DNA of 64,000 nucleotides from Leptonemataceae bacterium (GTDB lineage Bacteria; Spirochaetota; Leptospiria; Leptospirales; Leptonemataceae): NCBI GenBank assembly GCA_965227295.1, contig OZ245742.1, positions 1,344,001 to 1,408,000 of the forward strand, read 5' to 3'. Shown piece by piece: positions 57,424 to 64,000 of this stretch (position 1 is its first letter; each line of letters starts with the position of its first letter). The notes under the pieces were generated by a model. It saw only the letters and a program-made list of their open reading frames with translations, ran no database searches and was not told where the DNA came from. The position numbers and the translations under genes were made by a program.

Positions 57424-58665
57424 TTAATCCAGGCGTCGCACCGGAAAACCCGCCGCTCGAATCTTTTCAACGATCTCGCGCATTTGTTGTTCGTCGCGCG
57501 TTTCCAGGGCCACGTCCAGGTCCGCGTGTTTGACCGCGGTTTCGGCGAAGAGTCGCTGGTGTGTGACGTCGATGATGTTGCCGCCGCCTTCGGCGATGAG
57601 CGTCGCGATGTCCGCGAGGGCGCCGGGGGCGTCGGCGATTTCCATGCGCAGGCGAGCGATGCGTCCTTCGCGTACCAGATCGCGCATAAGCACGGCCGCG
57701 AGTAAACGCGCATCGATGTTGCCGCCGCAAATCACGAGACCGATCTTCTTGCCGCGATAGACGCCGTCGTCCATCCGTGCCAGGAGTTCCGCAAGCCCCG
57801 CGGCGCCGGCGCCCTCGGCCACAGTCTTCTCCACGTTAATGAGCAGTGCCACGGCGCGTTCCAGTTGTACCTCATTGACCAGGCTCACTCGTTTCACCAG
57901 TTCCGTACAGATCCTTTGCGTGAGTTTGCCGACGTTTTTGACCGCGATGCCCTCGGCGATACTTGCCGTGCGACGTATGTCCGGCGGCGCGGCGGCCTGC
58001 CCGTAAAAACTGGCGTACATCGAAGGATACAGTTCGGCCTCTACGCCGATTACTTCCGTTGCCGGCCGTAGTTGTTGCGCCGCCACGGCCATCCCCGCGA
58101 TCAGGCCGCCGCCGCCCACCGGTACCAATAGAACGTCCAGGTCCGGAACATCCTCGAACATTTCCAGGGCGATCGTGCCCTGACCGGCCATGACCAGGGG
58201 ATCGTCGTAAGGATGAATGAACGTAAGTTTGCCCTCTTGTTGCAATTCGCGGGCGCGCTCCGCGGCCTCGTCGACATCTTTGCCGGAGAGCACGATTTTT
58301 GCGCCGAGGACCTGCGTCTGGCGGACCTTTACGAACGGAGTTGGCTCGGGCATGACGATCGTCGCCGGGATGCCGAGTCGTGCTGCATGATAGGCCACAC
58401 CCTGCGCGTGATTGCCCGCGGACATGGCGATTACGCCGCGGCGGCGCAGACTTTCGTCGAGGCTCAAGAGTTTGTTCAGGGCCCCGCGTTCCTTAAACGA
58501 AGCTGTAAACTGAAAGTTCTCGAACTTTAAGAAAACCTCGGCATCGCAAAGGCGCGAAAGCGTAACCGACCGTGTGAACGGTGTGCGCATCACCGCGCCG
58601 CGGATGTTCTCCGCGGCCGCGCGTACGTCTTCGAAAGAGATGGGCAGTGGGTTCGCGTTGCTCAT
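57424..58665 (-). CDS. ilvA: threonine ammonia-lyase with ACT domain
   Basis: 'ENFQFTASFKERGA', 'SAGNHAQG', 'PVGGGGL', 'GGNID'. Confidence 0.93.
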   Translation of the reverse strand: MSNANPLPISFEDVRAAAENIRGAVMRTPFTRSVTLSRLCDAEVFLKFENFQFTASFKERGALNKLLSLDESLRRRGVIAMSAGNHAQGVAYHAARLGIPATIVMPEPTPFVKVRQTQVLGAKIVLSGKDVDEAAERARELQQEGKLTFIHPYDDPLVMAGQGTIALEMFEDVPDLDVLLVPVGGGGLIAGMAVAAQQLRPATEVIGVEAELYPSMYASFYGQAAAPPDIRRTASIAEGIAVKNVGKLTQRICTELVKRVSLVNEVQLERAVALLINVEKTVAEGAGAAGLAELLARMDDGVYRGKKIGLVICGGNIDARLLAAVLMRDLVREGRIARLRMEIADAPGALADIATLIAEGGGNIIDVTHQRLFAETAVKHADLDVALETRDEQQMREIVEKIRAAGFPVRRLD

Positions 58666-58666
58666 G

Positions 58667-59710
58667 TTACGATTGTGATTGTTTCGCCCGGTATGCGCCC
58701 GGAGTTTCGCCGGTAAATTTCGCAAAGGCCGTGTGAAAGCTGCTCTTCGCGTTGAAACCCACGGCGTAGGCTACGGAAAGGACCGTGCGTTCCGAATCCT
58801 CACGGAGTAATCGCTGCGCCTCCATTATGCGATAGCGATTCACGAAATTGTAAAAGCTTTCGCCGATCACCTCGTTCAGAAAACGCGAAAGCTGATGCGG
58901 CGTAAGTTGAAGTTCATGGGCCAGCCCGGGCAATGACAGATCTTCGTCGAGGTACGGCCGATCATGTTCCATTAGTTCTTCCAGGCGATGTTGCAATTTG
59001 TCCAGATCAAAACCGCCCAGGGGATTGCGATCTCCCTGACGGCGTTGCAGCCGTTCCACGGCCCAGGTTGTGAACAACGGATGACGTTGGCTCACAAGGT
59101 AATGCACGGCGATGATGCCGGCACCGACGGACACCGCCGCGTGCGCCAGGGTATGACCGGTCTGAAAAATGCCCCCGACCGTAATCCAGGCGATGGCAGT
59201 ATAGGCCCCGGCAAAAATCGCGGCGATACCCAGGACCCGGCGCGCGGACGGCACGTGCTCTTCGTGCCACGCAAGCGTAAGTGTCACGGCCGTCAGGGTC
59301 AGATAGGCGGCGACGTGCACGGCGGCGATGTGGCCGGCGATGGAGTGCGGACCATCGGCCTGCATGGTCGGATCGGCGAACGCGAGGAAGATCGGCGCCA
59401 GGATCGGCAGGAAATGCAGAAGATCCCGCGGCCGCAATTCGCGCCGGCGTCCGGACCACAGTAAGCCGTAAAAATAAAACAGCGGTCCCACGCAGAATTG
59501 TCCCGCCACGGCCGTGAGACGCGGCACGCTCCACGTCAGGCGATCCGCCTGGTGCAGCAGCGACGGGATGAGTGCCAGCGCGAAGGCGGCGAACAGTGCG
59601 GCCAGCAAGACATGCAGCGGTTCTCGCCGCGGCACGAACAAAAAACCCGCGCCCAACAGAACGGCGAGGCCGGCGCCGAAGGCCGTAACTGCGAAGAACG
59701 CCTGGGTCAT
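58667..59710 (-). CDS. membrane-anchored AraC family regulator
   Basis: multiple TMs then 'HQLSRFLN', 'FVNRYRI.EA', 'VGFNAKSSF...F.KFTG.TP'. Confidence 0.93.
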   Translation of the reverse strand: MTQAFFAVTAFGAGLAVLLGAGFLFVPRREPLHVLLAALFAAFALALIPSLLHQADRLTWSVPRLTAVAGQFCVGPLFYFYGLLWSGRRRELRPRDLLHFLPILAPIFLAFADPTMQADGPHSIAGHIAAVHVAAYLTLTAVTLTLAWHEEHVPSARRVLGIAAIFAGAYTAIAWITVGGIFQTGHTLAHAAVSVGAGIIAVHYLVSQRHPLFTTWAVERLQRRQGDRNPLGGFDLDKLQHRLEELMEHDRPYLDEDLSLPGLAHELQLTPHQLSRFLNEVIGESFYNFVNRYRIMEAQRLLREDSERTVLSVAYAVGFNAKSSFHTAFAKFTGETPGAYRAKQSQS

Positions 59711-59886
59711 GCTTCGAAGGACCGAATCCGATCGCGCAATGCAAGCTAAAAGCGCCCGGTCGTGCCGATGCCGCAGTCCGTCTGGATCGGTACGAACCAT
59801 CCCGTGGTCCGCCTCATTCCAGGCGGACGACGCGAAGCCAGGAACGTGTCAAGATCCGTGCATCATCACCATCACAGGAGATCGTT

Positions 59887-60180
59887 ATGAACGAAAAACT
59901 CTCACATAAGCACAGGCATCACCGGCATAAGTGTCATCGCCATGGTCGCCTGGCCCAGCTCACCTGGCTTCTGGCCGTTGTTGTTTTGCTCATCTGGGTG
60001 CTGCACACATTCGCGTGTACGTCCGCCGGCCGCGCACGCCATTTCAACAAAAGCGCGGCGGCACCGGAAAGCCGCGCGAACGAGATCTTAACCCGCCTGG
60101 AAGTTGCGCCCGGCAGTGCTGTTGCGGATCTCGGCACCGGCGGTGGTTACTTCGCCTATTTGTTCGCGGACACTGAGTAA
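59887..60180 (+). pseudogene. truncated class I SAM methyltransferase
   Basis: ORF stops just after motif I 'VADLGTGGGYF'. Confidence 0.7.
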
Positions 60181-60204
60181 CGGCGAGCGAAAGTTTGCGG
60201 TCTT

Positions 60205-61350
60205 TCAGCGGCCGAAGATGTGTGTGATCAACGTGGTGCCGGCGCCGCCGATGCTCTGCATCATGCCGATCCGCGCATCTTCGACCTGGTTTTTCCCGGC
60301 GTTGCCCTGGAGCTGCTGCAGGATTTCCGTGGCCTGGTATAACGCCGTTGCGCCGATGGGATGGCCGCGGGCCTTCAGACCGCCGAAGGTCGAGAGCGGC
60401 AGTTTGCCGCCGGGAAAGATGGCTTCGTCTTCCGCGAGGCGCCAACCCTGGCCGCGCTCCGCGAAACCGCAGGCCTCGAGGGACAGGCAGGTCATGATGC
60501 TGAACGCATCGTGGACTTCAAAGAAGTCGATGTCCGTCGGCTGCAGTCCGGCCCGGGCATAGGCGCGCTCCGCGGAGATGCGAGAGGCCTCCAGGCTGAG
60601 CGGATCCGCGCGTTGATCGACACGCAGAAATTCCGTGGCCACCGAAGATGCGAGGATCTTCACCGCCGGTCGGCCGGCGGGTTTTTCCGAAGAAAGCACT
60701 ACCGCCGCAGCGCCGTCGCAAATAGGCGCGCAGTCCAGAAGACGCATGGGATCCACTACTACGCGCGACTGCTCAATTTGTTCACGGCTGAACTGCTTAT
60801 GAAACAGGGCGTCCGGATTATTCAACGCGTTGTTGTGTGCATTGAGAGGAAAGTTTGCGAAGACGGAATGCGTGACGCCGTAGCGTTCGATGTATGATCG
60901 CATGAGCCCGGCGTTCGTGCTGATCATGGTATCGCCCCGCGGCGTTTCGAATTCGGCGTCCAGGGCTTTGGCCAGAGCCGGGGTCGCGTCACCGTCGCTC
61001 ATTTTTTCCACGCCCAGGGCGACGGCGGTCTTTGCTTCGCCTGAGAGCACCGCGAGAAAAGCGGAGCGCAGCGCCGCGGAACCGCTGGCCATGGCCGCAC
61101 GCACGGAGAGGGCCTCGATTCCACGCAGGCCCGCTTCGCTGGCAATGAGTGGTGCAATGTGCTTTTGACTTTGTAGTTCGTCTGCCAGGAGGTTACTCAC
61201 GTAGAGCGCATCCGGCCGACGGTCCACTGCATCCAGGCCGGCATCCGCGAGGGCGCTTCGGAGGACTGTGGCTCCCATTGTCCGCAAACTCGCAGGCTCC
61301 GATTTCCGGACCGGAATCCGCGCACTACCTACAACATAGACCTCTTTCAC
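60205..61350 (-). CDS. thiolase-superfamily (SCP-x/archaeal type) protein lacking nucleophilic Cys
   Basis: 'AAMASG', 'PICDGAAAVVL', 'EVHDAF', 'GGLKARGHPIGAT'. Confidence 0.88.
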   Translation of the reverse strand: MKEVYVVGSARIPVRKSEPASLRTMGATVLRSALADAGLDAVDRRPDALYVSNLLADELQSQKHIAPLIASEAGLRGIEALSVRAAMASGSAALRSAFLAVLSGEAKTAVALGVEKMSDGDATPALAKALDAEFETPRGDTMISTNAGLMRSYIERYGVTHSVFANFPLNAHNNALNNPDALFHKQFSREQIEQSRVVVDPMRLLDCAPICDGAAAVVLSSEKPAGRPAVKILASSVATEFLRVDQRADPLSLEASRISAERAYARAGLQPTDIDFFEVHDAFSIMTCLSLEACGFAERGQGWRLAEDEAIFPGGKLPLSTFGGLKARGHPIGATALYQATEILQQLQGNAGKNQVEDARIGMMQSIGGAGTTLITHIFGR

Positions 61351-61430
61351 GGACGACCGGTTTGGCCGCGCGGGGTGCAAAGAACAAGAACGATTTTAAT
61401 CGGAGGGCGGAGCGGAAGGTGCGCGGATAA

Positions 61431-62084
61431 GTGATTGTGAGAAATGCCGCGAAACGAAATGCTGCCGTTCCGGTGAGCAGCGAAGCGACAGGTGCGGGCG
61501 AGTATCTTGAAAGTCCCGAGTTCATTCAGCGTCTCAAGGACAAGGATCCCGAAGCCTTTTCGCAGTTAGTCCGTGCCTACCAGGACAAGATCTACAACCT
61601 GGCCATGCGCCTTACGCGCAATCCCGAGGACGCCGAAGAAGTTCTTCAGGAAAGCCTGCTCTCTATCTTTAACAAGATCCACACCTTCCAGGAACGTTCG
61701 CGGCTCTCCACCTGGATCTATGCCATTACGTCGAACGGTGCTCTCTCCCGGCTCCGAAAAAAAGGGAACAACACCGTAACCTTCGAAGAAGAGAATCCTC
61801 TAAAGGGGGATAGCGCCTGGTATAGAAACAGCAACGTAATTTTTGACTTCAGTGATCAAAACGATCCCCTCCTCCGCAAAGAGCTGCAGGAACACTTGAA
61901 CGCAGCCATCGAGCAACTTCCGGATGGTTATCGGGAAATCTTCATCATGAAAGAAATCAACAAAATGCCGGTCAAAGAGATCGCCGACATTGTCGGGCTG
62001 AAGTCCGGCGCCGTTAAAACGCGGCTGCATCGCGCGCGCCTGATCCTGCGCGCGACTCTCAGCGATTACTGGGTCGAGGAATGA
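61431..62084 (+). CDS. ECF RNA polymerase sigma factor
   Basis: 'DAEEVLQE', 'TWIYAI', 'EIADIVG....VKTRLHRAR'. Confidence 0.95.
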   Translation: MIVRNAAKRNAAVPVSSEATGAGEYLESPEFIQRLKDKDPEAFSQLVRAYQDKIYNLAMRLTRNPEDAEEVLQESLLSIFNKIHTFQERSRLSTWIYAITSNGALSRLRKKGNNTVTFEEENPLKGDSAWYRNSNVIFDFSDQNDPLLRKELQEHLNAAIEQLPDGYREIFIMKEINKMPVKEIADIVGLKSGAVKTRLHRARLILRATLSDYWVEE

Positions 62085-62338
62085 GTATGGACTGCGGTGA
62101 GTACGTCGACCTCATGACCGATTACATGGAAGGCGATCTGGCGCCGGCCGAGAAGAATCTGTGGGAGCAGCACTTCGACGGTTGTCCGCACTGTAGCGAT
62201 TTCTTCCATAGTTTTAAAAGCAGCCTGGAGTTGATCCGGTACGTCGAAGATCAGGGTTGCCCGCTGGAAGTGAAGCGTCGTCTGCAAAAGTTCATGGAAG
62301 CCCGCACGAATCTCAAACTCGACTGCGGCGACGCATAG
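62081..62338 (+). CDS. zf-HC2 zinc-binding anti-sigma factor
   Basis: 'C', 'H...CPHC'; ATGA coupling to sigma. Confidence 0.9.
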   Translation: MSMDCGEYVDLMTDYMEGDLAPAEKNLWEQHFDGCPHCSDFFHSFKSSLELIRYVEDQGCPLEVKRRLQKFMEARTNLKLDCGDA

Positions 62339-62378
62339 GCGTCGCGCCGCTTCGGAATCCAATTCAGATAGCCGTCCC

Positions 62379-63110
62379 CTAACGAGCACCGATGCGTTGC
62401 AGTGCCTGCGTCTTCTGTTGTTCGAAGGCGTTAAGCTGCCGGTTGGTCATGTCCAGGATCTTCTCGTACTGCTGCTTGATTTCCGGTGACATGGCATCGG
62501 CCTTTTCGGCGAGCACGTACTCCACGAGTTCTTTGCGATCGTGGTACTGCTTTGTCTGGAAATCATAAAAGCGATTTACCTGGGCTTCTTCGGCCTTGCC
62601 CTGGGCGATGAGCGACTGCAACTCGAAGACTTCCCGGCGTTCATGGTCCTCGGCGAGTTTTTGTTCCGGAGTTTTCTGCTGCGGAATCATACTGTTGTTC
62701 GGAAACTTCTCGCGGAGTTTGTCGAAGACCTTCATCACGCGGTTCGGATACGGTTGCCCGGTCATGGGATTTACGGGATTGTTGGGATTCGCGGGTTCGA
62801 GGATGGCCGGTTCTTCGCCGTCTTCAGTGGTGCGACCGCCGGGGATTTCCATGTCCTCGAAGTCGCCCTCGGGCGCGCCCACGTTCCAGAAGCCGGAGTC
62901 GAAGAGTGAGCCGTTGTTCTGCGAGGGCGCGGCGTGTGCGTCACCGGCTCCGCCATGGCCGCCCAGTCCGCCGCCGAAGAGCAGGGCCAGCTCGTCCGCA
63001 TCGGAGCCGGAGGCAGCCTGGGACTTCGTGCCGCCCGTAGAGACGAAGTAAACGGCCATGATGCCGCACAGGGCGAGATAGATTACGTATACGATGCCGT
63101 TGTTGTTCAT
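62379..63110 (-). CDS. hypothetical membrane-anchored protein
   Basis: N-terminal TM, low-complexity linker, helical C-terminus. Confidence 0.7.
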   Translation of the reverse strand: MNNNGIVYVIYLALCGIMAVYFVSTGGTKSQAASGSDADELALLFGGGLGGHGGAGDAHAAPSQNNGSLFDSGFWNVGAPEGDFEDMEIPGGRTTEDGEEPAILEPANPNNPVNPMTGQPYPNRVMKVFDKLREKFPNNSMIPQQKTPEQKLAEDHERREVFELQSLIAQGKAEEAQVNRFYDFQTKQYHDRKELVEYVLAEKADAMSPEIKQQYEKILDMTNRQLNAFEQQKTQALQRIGAR

Positions 63111-63247
63111 AGGGCTTCCAAAATTAGACGACGCGCTTTCGCCGGTGGTTCAGTGCTACGCTACGGAACCGGGCGCTCGGGTCACTCAAAACATAGGCTG
63201 GAAGAACTTGACCGGAAAGCAAAATCCATCGAACTGGAATGTGACCT

Positions 63248-63820
63248 ATGTCCGGCCGATCCTTACACAAACGTTCCCTGCCGGCCGCGTTCTGCCTGGC
63301 CCTCTTTGCCGCAACCTGCGGCACGAATACCGAAGAGCCGGTGTTCCCGGTCTTTCTCATCTTTTCCCCCGTGGCTCCGCCGGCCCTGGTCTCGGTCGCG
63401 GCCGTGGAGACCCAGAACGCCGGTGAGGCCTTGCGCTACGAATTCGACGTCTCTTACTATGTCACCAACTCCGAGGACGGCTTTCTCGGGTACAATCTGT
63501 ATCTATCATCCTCTGCCACGGCGGCCGAGGCGGCGATCCTGGGGATCGGAGGCGAGCCGTACCTGGAGACCGGGATCAAGCCGAGCTTTTCTCATGCCGG
63601 CGAGAATCCCAGTACGGCCGCGGTGGACTTGCAGACCCAGCGCGTGCAGAACTTCCGGGCCGCTCCGGCGCCGATCTCGTTCAAGGCCTGCGAGCTGTAC
63701 TTCTTTACGTTGACCGCTCAAACCCGAAACTCCCTGGAATCGAATCCCAGCCCGCAGGTGGCCGCCTGCGCCGCCCTGGATCCCGGCCTGTGTCCGTCCG
63801 GCACGCCGTGCAACCCCTGA
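63248..63820 (+). CDS. putative lipoprotein (FN3-like)
   Basis: lipobox AAT-C, 'GYNLY', 'ESNPS', Cys-rich tail. Confidence 0.7.
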   Translation: MSGRSLHKRSLPAAFCLALFAATCGTNTEEPVFPVFLIFSPVAPPALVSVAAVETQNAGEALRYEFDVSYYVTNSEDGFLGYNLYLSSSATAAEAAILGIGGEPYLETGIKPSFSHAGENPSTAAVDLQTQRVQNFRAAPAPISFKACELYFFTLTAQTRNSLESNPSPQVAACAALDPGLCPSGTPCNP

Positions 63821-63829
63821 CGACGCAGC

Positions 63830-64000
63830 ATGAGCGAAGCCACAATCCCTCCCGGTCCGGCCCTCTACGTGGTGGCCACGCCCATTGGTAATCTCGAAGA
63901 CATAACCCTGCGGGCTCTCCGCATCCTGCGCCAGTGCGATACGATCCTCAGTGAGGACACACGCAAGACCGGCATCCTCCTGAAGCATTACGACATCAGC
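63830..64000 (+). CDS. rsmI: 16S rRNA C1402 2'-O-methyltransferase (partial)
   Basis: '[19 protein letters not shown]', 'EDTR.T..LL.HY'. Confidence 0.95.
   Translation, partial: MSEATIPPGPALYVVATPIGNLEDITLRALRILRQCDTILSEDTRKTGILLKHYDIS

Overview
GC-rich (roughly 60% by eye) bacterial chromosomal segment. It is most consistent with a free-living Leptospiraceae-like spirochaete, inferred from gene content: a Leptospira-style Omp85, spirochaetal lipoproteins and a membrane-anchored AraC. Most of the window is housekeeping or metabolic (tpiA, mnmA, panC, holB, prmA, phosphohexomutase, threonine dehydratase, rsmI, tRNA-Leu(GAG), ECF sigma/anti-sigma), with small accessory patches and several gene remnants. 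Highlights: (1) a lipoprotein (10128-11066) whose mature sequence resembles a bacterial gasdermin, with the lipobox Cys at the position of the palmitoylated bGSDM Cys; (2) an archaeal-type PolB2 cassette (inactive RadA-like, PPB2-like, PolB2; 32263-35960) with a ~230-nt rod-like, G-U-rich foldback between PPB2 and polB and a candidate LexA-type box upstream; (3) three related multi-hairpin elements (24308, 45333, 47542), two of which bracket a TetR/FGE cassette together with a diverged remnant of the downstream M50 peptidase gene; (4) several apparent pseudo-enzymes or divergent enzymes (malic enzyme-like, SAHH-like, Cys-less thiolase) and a decayed ATPase-DUF4276 pair. All family calls come from visual motif recognition; no searches were run.
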